A DNA stretch of 64,000 nt from Nemertoderma westbladi (GCA_032718475.1 JAUCBJ010001482.1:7240-71239), one strand, 5' to 3'; counted from the stretch's first letter, positions 22,506 to 34,830 are shown. The notes: a model not told the origin generated them from the letters alone. Numbers and translations are program-made.

Positions 22506-25040
22506 ATGGCGAGTAAGCTGATCAGGAAGAGAAAGGCGGAGTCAGGAGGAAAAGAAATATTGGTGGATTTCACCGAAAGACACCCGGAGGAGAAGACGAG
22601 AGGATACTACGAGAGGTTGGAAAGGGGTCACGCGGCACGAGCGCTGCAGGATCACTTCCGGGAGGCGCACGAACAGCGGTTGGTCGGGACCTACGGGACG
22701 CCGTCGCTGGATAACGCGATCTTCCAACACTTCCACTACGTGGTGAAAGGAGACGAGACGAAGTTCGGGATTCCGAAGTATCCGAGGGAATCGCCGAGGA
22801 AGGACTGGAAAAGATTCATAGAGTCCGTCAACAGAGGAGGATATATGATCCTAGATGACGAGGGAACCGTGGAAGACGAAGCGGGTTCGAGACGAGGAAC
22901 GGCAGGGTCGGCCAGGACCATACTCTTGCATTTGGCAGCGCCAAATGGGGACATCTTCTTATTCGACCTAGGGACGTATGGGAAGAAGGACGGGCCGAAA
23001 TTAGACCGACTGCCGAAAGCGGTACAGGTCTTAGTAAGAGAGAAGTCGACGACGAAAGTGGGATCGGCGATTCGCGAGGACGCGGAGAGGATCATCGGTC
23101 CGGACGCCACCAACCTCCTGGATATGCAGAAAGTCTTTATGGCTATGACGGCACCGGATGGATTGGGGGTGGTCGAGAACTCAGGCCAATGCGGGGCGGT
23201 GGCGATGGGCCAATTATTGTGGCTCGTATGCCACAAACCAATGGATTGGGGGAAGTTTAGGGAAGAATACGGAGCAGAACTAGCGAACTCGCTGAAGTGG
23301 AGAGCGAGACCGGGAAAGCAGGAGGTAAATCAGTTTCGCAGAGGAGCGATAAAGGTATATCAGAAGCGATATATCCTGCAGGAGGACTGGATGATGATAA
23401 GTTTACTTAACTTATTCATGACCATAGTTATCGAAAGAGAACCGGGGGCATTTCTGTTATCGGGATCACCCCTAAGCTACAGGAGAGCCTTTAAGACGGC
23501 CTTTGACGGTCTGGTAGACCACCCGGGGCTGAAGGGCGAGTCGGTGTACTACAACAGCCGACATCTGGTAGATGGGGAGACGGACACACCGTATCAGAGA
23601 TGGGAGCAGCTAGAGATGGATAGACGGGAAGCAAAGCGACTGGAAGAAGTCGGTAGACGGGAGAGGATAGAAGCAGAGGAGAGGGAAGAGGAGGCCAGGG
23701 CACAGAGTTACGGCTTCGAGGAACAGGCGGGCCTAGACGAACTTCATTGGACTTCGTCGGGGAGTTCGGGGGAGTCTCTAGGGCGAGAATTGGGATGGAC
23801 GGTGGGATCGCCGAAACAGTCGACGTCGGGGTTGCAAACGACGCCCATACCAGCGGGCGCCGAGGGCGACCAACCGCCAAGGAAGTTAAGGGAGCTAGAG
23901 GGATGGAGAGCTACGGGCGAGAGCCAAGGCGGGAAGGGACATAGTGGATCCACCGGGATACCGGGATTGGAGACACTACCAGAAGAGGAGGACGACGACG
24001 ACGAGTTCGGAGAGATACCGCCCATCGAGAGGATAGGCCACTCGGACACGGACTGGGTTGGCGGAAGGGTGGTGACGGCCAGTGGGGCGAGGGCCTTCTG
24101 GAACAGATCCGGCAAGCGGACCTGGGTGCACGAGGGGCCGGCGATGGATTTCGCGGAGAGCACCATCAGGTTGGGCGAGCAACCGGGGACGGCACCACGG
24201 ATAGTATTCGGGGAGACGATGCCCGAGAGGGGCGGAGAGATCGACGTAAACAGGGAGAGCAACGTGGAGAAGTTTGCCTACCAACGACTCCATAGACCGC
24301 GGAGATCGCTTGGGACGAAGGACGAGGTGGGACGCGAGACATTGGTACTCGGCTGCGACTACTGTGGGAGACAGACCCATCGGGAAAGCAGCTGCCTATA
24401 CCGGTTCCAACGGGGAACCTTTTGTCTCTATTGTAGAGAACCAAGTCACAGGATGGGGGCGTGTCCACGGTTGCATTACCGATGTCCAAAGTGCCACTTT
24501 CGGGGGCACTACGGACGCGAGTGCGACTGGATGAGCGACGAGGAGAAGTTCACGAGGTTCGAGGAGTGGGCCGACGTGGGGGCCATGACGTGCCAGCGCA
24601 TGAAGGCCCAAGAGTTCAAGTGGGGTTTCTTCCTCATAAACCAGGAGACCCACATGGAAATCATAAAGCGAAGGTTACCGTTTACCTATCAAGAGGTAGC
24701 TACGGCGGCATCGTTCGCCGGAGTTATGAACACGCAACGGTACCTGGACAGGTGGACACCAGAGAACCAGAGGGAATTTAGGGATTTCTTGGCGGAACAC
24801 GTACCAAAGGCAATGAAGATGATCCTATGGGACGCCACACGAGGGAAACAACCAGGCCATTCTGAGGGGCCACCGGCGAAGCGGTATCGGGCTTTAATAA
24901 CACCAGCGCCCAAGGAGCCGACGACCGGGATCAGCAAGGAAGTGGCAGCAAAGGTCCGGAAGCAGAAAGCGGATGATGCCAGAGGAGCGGTGATAACCAA
25001 GAAACGGGCCAGGGAGGAGGACGTGAGGAGGTACAAATAA
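22506..25040 (+). CDS. ORF3: DEDD(y)/DnaQ-like 3'-5' exonuclease domain, disordered linker, three CCHC zinc knuckles
   Basis: ExoI MILDDEG; LLHLAAPNGDIFLFDL; LPKAVQVLVREKSTTKVGSAIREDA (ExoII); LLDMQ; QKRYILQED (ExoIII-like). Knuckles CDYCGRQTHRESSC, CLYCREPSHRMGAC, CPKCHFRGHYGREC. First ATG at 22506. Confidence 0.8.
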   Translation: MASKLIRKRKAESGGKEILVDFTERHPEEKTRGYYERLERGHAARALQDHFREAHEQRLVGTYGTPSLDNAIFQHFHYVVKGDETKFGIPKYPRESPRKDWKRFIESVNRGGYMILDDEGTVEDEAGSRRGTAGSARTILLHLAAPNGDIFLFDLGTYGKKDGPKLDRLPKAVQVLVREKSTTKVGSAIREDAERIIGPDATNLLDMQKVFMAMTAPDGLGVVENSGQCGAVAMGQLLWLVCHKPMDWGKFREEYGAELANSLKWRARPGKQEVNQFRRGAIKVYQKRYILQEDWMMISLLNLFMTIVIEREPGAFLLSGSPLSYRRAFKTAFDGLVDHPGLKGESVYYNSRHLVDGETDTPYQRWEQLEMDRREAKRLEEVGRRERIEAEEREEEARAQSYGFEEQAGLDELHWTSSGSSGESLGRELGWTVGSPKQSTSGLQTTPIPAGAEGDQPPRKLRELEGWRATGESQGGKGHSGSTGIPGLETLPEEEDDDDEFGEIPPIERIGHSDTDWVGGRVVTASGARAFWNRSGKRTWVHEGPAMDFAESTIRLGEQPGTAPRIVFGETMPERGGEIDVNRESNVEKFAYQRLHRPRRSLGTKDEVGRETLVLGCDYCGRQTHRESSCLYRFQRGTFCLYCREPSHRMGACPRLHYRCPKCHFRGHYGRECDWMSDEEKFTRFEEWADVGAMTCQRMKAQEFKWGFFLINQETHMEIIKRRLPFTYQEVATAASFAGVMNTQRYLDRWTPENQREFRDFLAEHVPKAMKMILWDATRGKQPGHSEGPPAKRYRALITPAPKEPTTGISKEVAAKVRKQKADDARGAVITKKRAREEDVRRYK

Positions 25041-25715
25041 GTTCCCGGAGGCAAGGGAATGAGACTGAGACTGGGACGTGGTGCGCCTGGAAGGCGCCGC
25101 ATGTAACGTACGAACTATTAAGTATAGATTTAATTAATGCAAATAACTATATAAGTGCAATTCGTATGTACGTACGTAGTAATTAGCAGTAAAATACATA
25201 CGTTTGGAGTAAGTACTATAGTCATGCAACCTTTCTCAATTAGCTACTGGGACTGGGGGACAATTGACTATGGCACTATGGACGAGACAACTGACAATTT
25301 CACACTTCTTGAGTGCGGCGGCACGAGAGGGGGGGGAGGTTCGTCAGGAGAGATAAAATGGTCAAAGTGGACTTGAGAATCGGAATAAGAGTGATAGAGT
25401 GAAGTGCGGAGAGAGTGCGAACGCAATCCTAGTGTGGGGGGGGAGAATGAGAGGCTGAGTAAGGGACGAGGAGGTCCGGGGGTATGAGAGAGTTAGGGTG
25501 AGAGTGAAGGTGAGATAGGGCGAAAGTGTTGGGGAAACAAAAATCGCGTGAAGAGGTGAGCGCGATCGGCCCGACATGAGACGCCAGGCGTAAAGGGTAG
25601 CGTTATCATACCCAGAGGGAGCGGCCCGGAAAGCCGACTCCGAGAGAAAAGATTTCCACCCCACACCCGATACTAGATCGGGATCCAGCGGGATTGTAGC
25701 GCACTTTTTTGGTTG

Positions 25716-25753
25716 ATGCTATCTTCTTACCGGGAAGATAGCATGGGGGGGAG
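25716..25753 (+). promoter_or_regulatory. 11-bp stem-loop followed by polypurine tract
   Basis: atgctatcttc-ttaccgg-gaagatagcat, then GGGGGGGAG abutting the 3' LTR. Confidence 0.85.
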
Positions 25754-26290
25754 TGTTAGCTTATTCAATCCCGCCAACACCCCATAAAGTTATTAGCCGA
25801 TAAGCAATATTGGGAGCCACGAGATTGGGTAATTAACCAACTCGCGCCATCCCAATAAGAATGGGAAGGAAGCACACAATAGAGGGTCAGGGGCCAAACC
25901 CCTAACCCAAGGAGAGCAGGTGGAGTGAACGGGAATACTCCACGGGGCGCCAACAAGGGTATTAACCAATCAGAGGGGGGAATGGCATCGATTGAGTAGC
26001 AGTAAGGCCACCGTGCAATATAACCAATAACCTATTAATCAGTGATTCAGTTATCTCAGTGCAGCAGTGCTAGCGTAGGGTACAGCCAATTAGTTTAGTT
26101 AGGGGATCACGGGACTTTAGTTACCGTATCCCGCCTTGTACACATTCACAATATATCTATATCTTATAACCTCTTATTATACACCGAACTTCAGAACTCA
26201 GTTATCTTTATTCCACTCTTATACACGGCGGGGACGCGTGGACTAAATACCACACCGGATAAATCGGGATCCCTCCTGGATCCCGTCACA
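25754..26290 (+). repeat. 3' LTR of BEL/Pao element
   Basis: Copy of 12177-12713; the ORF track shows the same 63-aa antisense ORF in both. Confidence 0.96.
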
Positions 26291-27416
26291 GAGCTGAGTC
26301 GAGTTAAATCGCCGCCAAAACGACCAAGTCAATGCTTATTGGGATTGGGACTGAATATATCATTGCAGAATTCGGTGAACAATACTAATATATAAATTTT
26401 GCACTACTGTCCTTTCCTTATACTGTATTTAAAACAATTATGAATTGTATACTAATAAGGCCAGCAACAATAATGTGCTGTATCCACGAATATCTATATT
26501 CTAGAAGAGAAGTAGAGAACACAAATAAACTATGCATATTTTATAAAGATACGATACGATACGAATACAGTTTCGTGTAGTTTAGCCACGAGTTTAGTAC
26601 TGGTATTATTTCGAATATATTTCATAGCTAAGTGAAAGAACAGTTTTCCAGTACTGCTATGACAAACATTTGGTTTTGTGTCATAAAATTTCAATGAAAC
26701 TTCTACTTATATATTTTTTCGGTAAATTGCTTCGCAAATTTGGCAAAGTTTTGGAACTTCGTTTAAAAATTTAGCATCTGATGATCCACCTATAGAAATG
26801 CTATACACAAAATTCGCAAAGATCGCGACGTTCGCGAAACTCTCCACCTATAGTATTGCTGAAAAGAAATCCTACCACCTATATCTATCTATATAATCTA
26901 CCTATAGTATTGCAAACGTCGTGATCTTCGCGATATTTTTGTGTTTACCAATTACTAAAGGTTAAACTTTGCAAACGTCGCGATCTTCGCGATATTTTGT
27001 GTTTACCAGTACTATATGTGGAGCTTCGCAAACGTCGCGACCTTCGCGAATGTTCTAGAACATTTTTTAAAAAGTAAGAAAATCTATAGTGAAAAATGTA
27101 TTATTTAAAATTTTTCTAGAATATAATATATTATTAGTTCTAGAGAAATACAAATATTTTTAAATAAAATAGCTAACATGTTCTATACACTATTAGTATT
27201 AGTATTGTTCACAGAATTCTAGAATGTTACATATATATACAGACAGATGGTATAAAATTGTATTCTACAGGTCCATGTATTTGTGTAGGCTTTCCAGAAA
27301 TTTTGCTATTTTTGCGTCGCTCTACCTATAATGGTATTAATAAATTATATTATTAAAGGTTGAGAATTTTTTTTATCGAAGCTCCAACTATAGTATTGGT
27401 AAACACAAAATTTATC

Positions 27417-28812
27417 CGGAACAGGCGGGTCAAGTCCCACCTGTGACCATGTTTTGAAGGGGAACAGGTCGGTCAAGTTCCACCTGTTACCATGTTTTGA
27501 AGGGGAACAGGCGGGTCAAGTCCCACCTATGACCATATTTTGAAGGGGAACAGGCCGGTCAAGTCCCACCTGTTACCATGTGTTGAAGGGGAACAGTCGG
27601 TGCAAGTCCCACCTGTTACCATGTTTTGAAGGGGAACAGGCCGGTCAAGTCCCACCTGTTACCATGTTTTGAAGGGGAACAGGTCGGTCAAGTCCCACCT
27701 CTGACCATGTTTTGAAGGGGAACAGGCCGGTCAAGTCCCACCTGTGACCATGTTTTGAAGGGGAACAGGCCGGTCAAGTCCCACCTGTTACCATGTTTTG
27801 AAGGGGAACAGGCGGGTCAAGTCCCACCTGTGACCATTTTTGAAGGGGAAAAGGCCGGTCAAGTCCCACCTGTTACCATGTGTTGAAGGGGAACAGTCGG
27901 TGCAAGTCCCACCTGTTACCATGTTTTGAAGGGGAACAGGCCGGTCAAGTCCCACCTGTTACCATGTTTTGAAGGGGAACAGGTCGGTCAAGTCCCACCT
28001 CTGACCATGTTTTGAAGGGGAACAGGCCGGTCAAGTCCCACCTGTGACCATGTTTTGAAGGGGAACAGGCCGGTCAAGTCCCACCTGTTACCATGTTTTG
28101 AAGGGGAACAGGCGGGTCAAGTCCCACCTGTGACCATTTTTGAAGGGGAAAAGGCCGGTCAAGTCCCACCTGTTACCATGTGTTGAATGGGAACGCGGGT
28201 CAAGTCCCACCTGTTACCATGTGTTGAAGGGGAACAGTCGGTGCAAGTCCCACCTGTTACCATGTTTTGAAGGGGAACAGGCCGGTCAAGTCCCACCTGT
28301 TACCATGTTTTGAAGGGGAACAGGTCGGTCAAGTCCCACCTCTGACCATGTTTTGAAGGGGAACAGGCCGGTCAAGTCCCACCTGTGACCATGTTTTGAA
28401 GGGGAACAGGCCGGTCAAGTCCCACCTGTTACCATGTTTTGAAGGGGAACAGGCGGGTCAAGTCCCACCTGTGACCATGTTTGAAGGGGAAAAGGCCGGT
28501 CAAGTCCCACCTGTTACCATGTGTTGAATGGGAACGCGGGTCAAGTCCCACCTGTTACCATATTTTGAAGGGGAACAGGCCGGTCAAGTCCCACCTGTTA
28601 CAATGTGTTGAAGGGGCACAGTCGGTGCAAATCCCACCTGTTACCATGTTTTGAAGGGGTACAGACGGGTAAGTCCCACCTGTTACCATGTTTTGAAGGG
28701 GTACAGACGGGATAAGTCCCACCTGTTACCATGTTTTGAAGGGGTACAGACGGGACAAGTCCCATCCTGTTATCATGTTTTTATGGGGTACAGGCGGGAC
28801 ATGTCCCACCAT
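27417..28812. repeat. 43-bp minisatellite, ~32 copies, with ~300-bp (7-mer) higher-order repeat
   Basis: Unit ggggaacaggccggtcaagtcccacctgttaccatgttttgaa; 27541-27840 recurs almost exactly at 27841-28140. Confidence 0.95.
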
Positions 28813-29207
28813 GTAACTTAATTTCAATGCTACAGTACTTTCTCCCTGATACCATGGTGGTTACACATTTCATTGAGTTTCATAGAATTGATATTGATAT
28901 TATTGTTTTATTGTATTCGTTGTATGGACAATATAACAATGTAACAAATAATTGTATTATTTGTTGTCTTTGTACAGTATACAAATGATGAACTGATGGC
29001 GGACTCCATGTAGACCCTACTGTAGTTTTGCTTTATACCTACCCTATACAATTAAATCTATTATAAAATGTATCCAAATTAATATTTTTGCGCCTGCCTA
29101 CCCTGATATTCCCTCGCCTACCCAACTAAAATATCCTGGCTACGGGCCTGGTCGTGGCTCGCCCCACATTCTGTAGAGCGTTACAAGCTGCTGGATTAAC
29201 GTTTATA

Positions 29208-30951
29208 CAGTAACGCTTTCAAATAACGTCCTATTGGATCCTAATAGGAACCTAATAGGAAATAAATAACCTTTAGGAAATCACTTGGAATTTGCCTAAT
29301 GTAAGTCTACCTAGAGCGGCTAAATATCAAAGCTGTGAAGTGTCTGTCAATCAACCTTCTGGGATAGCTGAAAGTAGTAGAGAGAGCCGCTTTGTCTAGT
29401 GGTTGAGTTGTATTTCCGTTCCCTGACTTATCTAACAACAACAATACCCCCCCCCCCCCCCCCCCCCCCCCCATGCAGATAACACACTACTGGCTTTAAC
29501 TTAACATCTGGACACATTAACTACCATACAGTAAAGGTATCGCCGCTTGTGTAAAATAGGCCGGCCAACATGTTGAGTGAGCCTCAACTAGTAGTTGGGG
29601 TGCTAAGGCGTAATCTGATTTTATTCGGACGTCAAACTTTTAATAATTTTATTTAAATTATTGGGCGAACTTTTTAGATCTGGCGATTTTGCCATTTCCA
29701 TGGTATAATAAATATAATTTATAATTAATATTAATATCATTATGCCAAGAGATTAAGTTTGTTACAAACCGCCACTAAACTCATAAGGGTCTGTTAATTC
29801 CTGTAGGATGTTATGTCATTTATGTTTCGTAGTGGTAGCGATACGGATTGTGACATGTTGCGGAATCTGCTTGGAGAGTGTAATGTGCTTTGTGGGTGTT
29901 ATGTTTAAATGCGGAACTTGGTGTTTCAGTAAAATATAGCATTCAATATTACAGTTTATCTTCAATAGTACAGTTTATCTATGTCGGGAAGGGAGGGGGG
30001 GGGGGGGGGGGGGTTATAGTCCCTAGCCCGCCTTGGGGACTAATCAATGACTTACTATTGGCCGAACGGATATTTAACTACACAATGAGATACAGCGTGT
30101 TAGGCAGTAAGTGGGCTGCTAATAATTAATAGCCAATATTTATTTTTAAGACTATAATAATTGAACACCCAATTATCTACCCCTGTACTCCTCTTACAGC
30201 AATCAGTGTTTGTATATAGTAAGTAGAATGTCAATGTGTATAGGAAATGAACATTTCCCGTGGATAACATACATTTATTTATTCGCCCAGTTTTAGCCCC
30301 TGTCTAATTATTAATTAAACTAATAAATGAAAATAAACTAATATTTATTCTATTAATAATTACACTACAAACATTGTGTTTTACTCTTTATTACTCAAAA
30401 TAGGTTCAATAGTAATAAATACAGTGTGTGATCCTACATTTATTTGTAAGTTCAATGCGATTTTAAATTATTCCAGAGCCCACCGACCCACGGACGTTAA
30501 CTATGTGCGGATGTGTGTGGATTTCATCTATTAGAGTTTATATTTTAAATATTATTTACCTCAGAGGGAGAGGCTGGCAATACAAGGTACAGTAGGATGA
30601 GTGTAATCTTCCATCGATATCCATAATACCTCAATGTAATGAACTGAACACTACGCAAACTTTAGGCTGAGTCTAGTCCATTCTATACAACTTAATGATT
30701 GACAGGATAGAGAAGAAGTAGACCAGCACAAGCAGTCTGAGTCAGTCCACCTTCCAGACATCAAAGTAAGCGCCGATTTCCAAGTAAATTCCTAATGAAA
30801 TCCAAGTCAAATCCTAAGTGCCTCCAAGTCTGGAATTTGGGCTAAATTTCACTTCCAATTAAATCCTAACTCCAATAGTAGTGAATCAGTGACTTGGATC
30901 CTAATAGGATCCTATTAGGATCCAATACGACGTTATTTGAAAGCGGTACTG
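29208..30951. mobile_element. Non-autonomous Tc1/mariner(pogo)-type element
   Basis: TA|CAGTaacgctttcaaataacgtcctattggatcctaatagg ... cctattaggatccaatacgacgttatttgaaagcggtACTG|TA: ~50-bp TIRs and TA TSD. Confidence 0.85.
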
Positions 30952-32008
30952 TATTACCAGCATTTCTTACATACCTGATACCGGTACTCATATGTGATTC
31001 ATCATTCTGTTCTTTACTTTCTATTTCAGTTTCAGCATTTATCTGTATCTGCCAAATTGCCAAAAATGCTATGCTGATATGTGATATGTGAACGTGCCTT
31101 GATGGCGCGACAGGCAGACCGGTACATACAGACAGCTATCACGCAATAGTATAGGCCTACCGTACCGGACCGGACCGGCTGACCGGTACCGGTTGTGTGA
31201 ACGACTGCGGCGCGGCAGTCCAACCGCTTCTGTGGTTGCCTTACAGCCTTAGGCCTACCTTCTTCCCTGCTTCCAGCCTCCGTATTGACGTACACAGGTA
31301 CAACGTACAGTCAGACAGTACCCGGTCTGCCGGTTGCCGGTATATAACAATTGTAGGCAAACGGTCTGACCTGACGTAGCTGAGTCTTTCTTATTACTGT
31401 ATTCTGTATTACTGTTTTGCTGTACTCGAAAGTACTGTACAGCTGTAGGCCTACTACTGCTGTACTGTACTACAGTACTAGTGCAGTAGTGTGACAACTG
31501 GACAACGGTAATTGGTTCCGCTGTACAATTTATTATTAAATGCTGATGCAGTGATGTTCATTAAATGTTTCTATATCTGGTAGTCTGTCTGTTTATGACT
31601 TCTATCAGTCTATTGGCTACAGGGAGACAGGGCTGTTTATGGCTGTATGGGCATGCGAGATCTAGCTGTCTAGCTCTACTGCCAGACTGCTTTCGCTTTG
31701 CAGCTTTGGGCACTGTATCTTTGCTATAGGCCTATGACTGTATGAGGCCTACAAATAATAGCTGTATAGCTTCAGAGTTTATGTAATTGGTAATGAATGA
31801 ATATGCAGATATGCATGCGTAACGTTTGTTTAATTTCTATAGGTAGATAGGCCTAACTGCAGATACTGAGACTGACGTGTGACGTCTGGTGACTTGATTG
31901 GTAGGCTATACACACTGACACAATACGACGCGATTGCCAGACTGCCAGATTACAGGTGTTCCCATCCCACCGGAACCTAGCTGTATAGGGCAATTCTACT
32001 ACTCTACG

Positions 32009-32157
32009 ATGGCGCAATCGGCTGTACCCTCCGAAGATGCGGATATAAACTCATTTTCTTTATCTGTAAATGTGGAGCAGGTTATCGATAGAGTGGCCGT
32101 TGTTCGTATGTTATTCAATGGGCGAGTTTATCGCGGAGCTTTATTCGATTGTACCAA
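32009..32157 (+). CDS. PWWP2-like host gene, coding exon 1
   Basis: ATG at 32009; encodes LSVNVEQVIDRVAVVRMLFNGRVYRGALFDCTK; phase-2 donor gtaggt. Confidence 0.75.
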
Positions 32158-32336
32158 GTAGGTTGTAATGCCACACGCTGTTTACAGGTTTAGTGTGTGT
32201 GTAGTTTGTTTACGTCAACGTCTCTAGGCGGCGCAGTTCGTTTACTATGTTTGTGTTGTTCTTGTTGTTAGCGTACTTATTTGTATTATATATTTATTAC
32301 TTTCCGTTTCATCTTATTATTCCCATGTTATTCTAG

Positions 32337-32585
32337 AACTTCCATACCGCCTAGCTTCATGGATGGACTCCGACCGAAACAGCCTTCCCTAGCGGACCTG
32401 ACGGCGCGAATAGAACCGGCTGGGCCGACGGGGGCCGAATGTCGGATTCCGGACGACTGGGACAAGCAGGTATCGTCATTGCTCTTCCGGCAGTCCAACG
32501 TCAAGGATATCCCCGAGTCGTTGCTGCGTCAGCTGCTGATGAAGGAGGGTTGCAATAACGAGATGTCGGCTGTTAATCCAACTAG
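32337..32585 (+). CDS. PWWP2-like host gene, coding exon 2
   Basis: Acceptor ttctag, donor gtgagt; joins exon 1 in frame (TSIPPSFMDG...LLFRQSNVKDIP...NPTR). Confidence 0.75.
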
Positions 32586-32729
32586 GTGAGTTTGTTAGCT
32601 ATAGATTACGGTGTTTGCTATTAATCAGCGTGAAATTGTGCTTAAAAAATAAAGCAAATGTTATGCTTGGCTACAACAACTGCTTCTGTAACTGTATTTA
32701 ATGGTGTTACCGGTAATGTTAAAGATCCA

Positions 32730-34830
32730 GGTATTCTTATACAAGTCCCTAAAAGGTGCAACCCTGCTCCATACCGCGGGGAATTCAAATGATTAAAGAC
32801 ATATAATTTGTTCTAGAAAGGGTGGCAGATCAGGGGCAGTATTCATAGCAGTTAGTATTATTTACAGCTACTTAGTAACAGCTTTTAGTAAGAGCTGTAA
32901 CTATGTTTAGTAAGAGCTATCTGTTACTAAAAACAACTGATTTTAGTAAGACCATTGACTTAACTTAGTTTCTACTAGCCCTTAAAAAATATCAGTATTC
33001 ATAAACTGTTACTAAACTTAGTTCTAGCCCATTAGTACCAGTGCTGGTACTTTAACTTATGTTTATTAAAAAGCTTTCAGTTTCAACTTTAAGGTCGGTA
33101 GATATGCCCTGCATGTCTCTATGTTTACTGTTTTACTTGTACTGGTAGTCTACATTAAACCCATTAATTTTATTGGTCACTAAAACAATTCCTGTTTTCC
33201 AGTAAATTTTTTTCGTTATCAAATATATATTTCCTCCACTCAATTTAATTATCACTAAAATATATTTTTGAATCATCAAAAATAAATCTGTTACGGCCTG
33301 TTGTAATAAAATCCCTTCATTATTTAGGTTCGAATAACGTGGCACTGTAAGCTGCCCTTTCCCACATTTTAGCAATAATTTATAATTAATAGATTTTAGT
33401 GGAAACTTAATATTTTAGTGATTTCCTGTTAAAATTTTAGTGAAAAGTTTTCATTTTTAGTAAGGCGATAAATCAATTGGCTACCATTATCGAATACCAA
33501 TATTTACAATCGGTAATAGAGAGGAAAATAATGAAGTGGGAACGTTACCGCTTTTTTATCTTGCGAAAGTTCGCGAATGGTAGAATTCTTTAGCGAAACA
33601 CATTTTTCAACGGACGCGGACCGTTCGGGAGCAATCTCACCATTCAAGAATGTAAGCTGAAATTTGGAAATTTAAGTCGGATATATGTTTAAAAAACAAC
33701 AAGCTTTATGTCGTTACATTTGACAGTTTCTCTGCAACAACATATTTGCAATGAACACAGAATGCTAGAAAAACAAGAGAGAGTATAATGTGGACAGAGT
33801 CGTCAGTGTGTCATGTATGAAGGCCAACATAGAATAATGTGCTGGCTAGCTGGCTGGCTTAACCACTCAGCTTAGTTGTTCACGTGCTGCTCGAAGTCCC
33901 AGACTAGTTAACCAGTCAGCTTAGTTGTTCACGTGCTGCTCGAAGTCCCAGACTAGTTAACCAGTCAGCTTAGTTGTTCACGTGCTGCTCGAAGTCCCAG
34001 ACTAGTTAACCAGTCAGCTTAGTTGTTCACGTGCTGCTCGAAGTCCCAGACTAGTTAACCAGTCAGCTTAGTTGTTCACGTGCTGCTCGAAGCCCCAGAC
34101 TAGTTAACCAGTCAGCTTAGTTGTTCACGTGCTCTCGAAGCCCCAGACTAGTTAACCAGTCAGCTTAGTTGTTCACGTGCTCTCGAAGCCCCAGACTAGT
34201 TAACCAGTCAGCTTAGTTGTTCACGTGCTGCTCGAAGTCCCAGACTAGTTAACCAGTCAGCTTAGTTGTTCACGTGCTGCTCGAAGTCCCAGACTAGTTA
34301 ACCAGTCAGCTTAGTTGTTCACGTGCTGCTCGAAGTCCCAGACTAGTTAACCAGTCAGCTTAGTTGTTCACGTGCTGCTCGAAGTCCCAGACTAGTTAAC
34401 CAGTCAGCTTAGTTGTTCACGTGCTGCTCGAAGTCCCAGACTAGTTAACCAGTCAGCTTAGTTGTTCACGTGCTGCTCGAAGCCCGAGACTAGTTAACCA
34501 GTCAGCTTAGTTGTTCACGTGCTGCTCGAAGTCCCTGAATAGTTAAAACAACAACAATAACGGATGAGTGAGTTAAACCGATAAGAAACAATTTATTCTG
34601 ATTCAATGAATTGATTACATTTAGTCTTACTGTCTTACTCTATTCATGTATTCAATGTTAAAACAGATTTGAATTTACCGCCAAAATATAGATAGCAGAT
34701 CTGACCTGCCACCCTTTCCAGTACAAATTACATGTCTTTAATCATTTGAATTTCCCGCGCTATGGACCACCTTTTAGGTGCTATGTGCATGTGGCACCTT
34801 TTAGTGACTTGTGTATTCTTATAGTACCTT
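32730..34830. mobile_element. Intronic element with ~100-bp imperfect terminal inverted repeats enclosing a satellite
   Basis: gaattcaaatgattaaagacatataatttgttctagaaagggtggcagatcag (~32781-32833) is the inverse of ctgacctgccaccctttccagtacaaattacatgtctttaatcatttgaatt (~34701-34752); similarity extends outward. Confidence 0.7.
33860..34546. repeat. 49-bp minisatellite, ~14 near-identical copies
   Basis: Unit aaccagtcagcttagttgttcacgtgctgctcgaagtcccagactagtt. Confidence 0.96.

Larger units (their letters stand above)
12177..26290 (+). mobile_element. BEL/Pao LTR retrotransposon, full-length (14.1 kb), three ORFs, very recent insertion
   Basis: 537-bp TG...CA LTRs with no difference seen; 5-bp TSD GAGCT (12172-12176, 26291-26295); PPT GGGGGGGAG at 25745-25753; Pao-type pol. 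Confidence 0.97.

Noticed and set aside
22506-25040. ORF3 as an envelope gene
   Set aside because: No signal peptide or C-terminal TM anchor; it has exonuclease-like motifs and CCHC knuckles instead
27417-28812. CRISPR-like regular repeats (also 33860-34546 and 37421-40264)
   Set aside because: Units are contiguous with no unique spacers, there are no cas genes, and the context is eukaryotic
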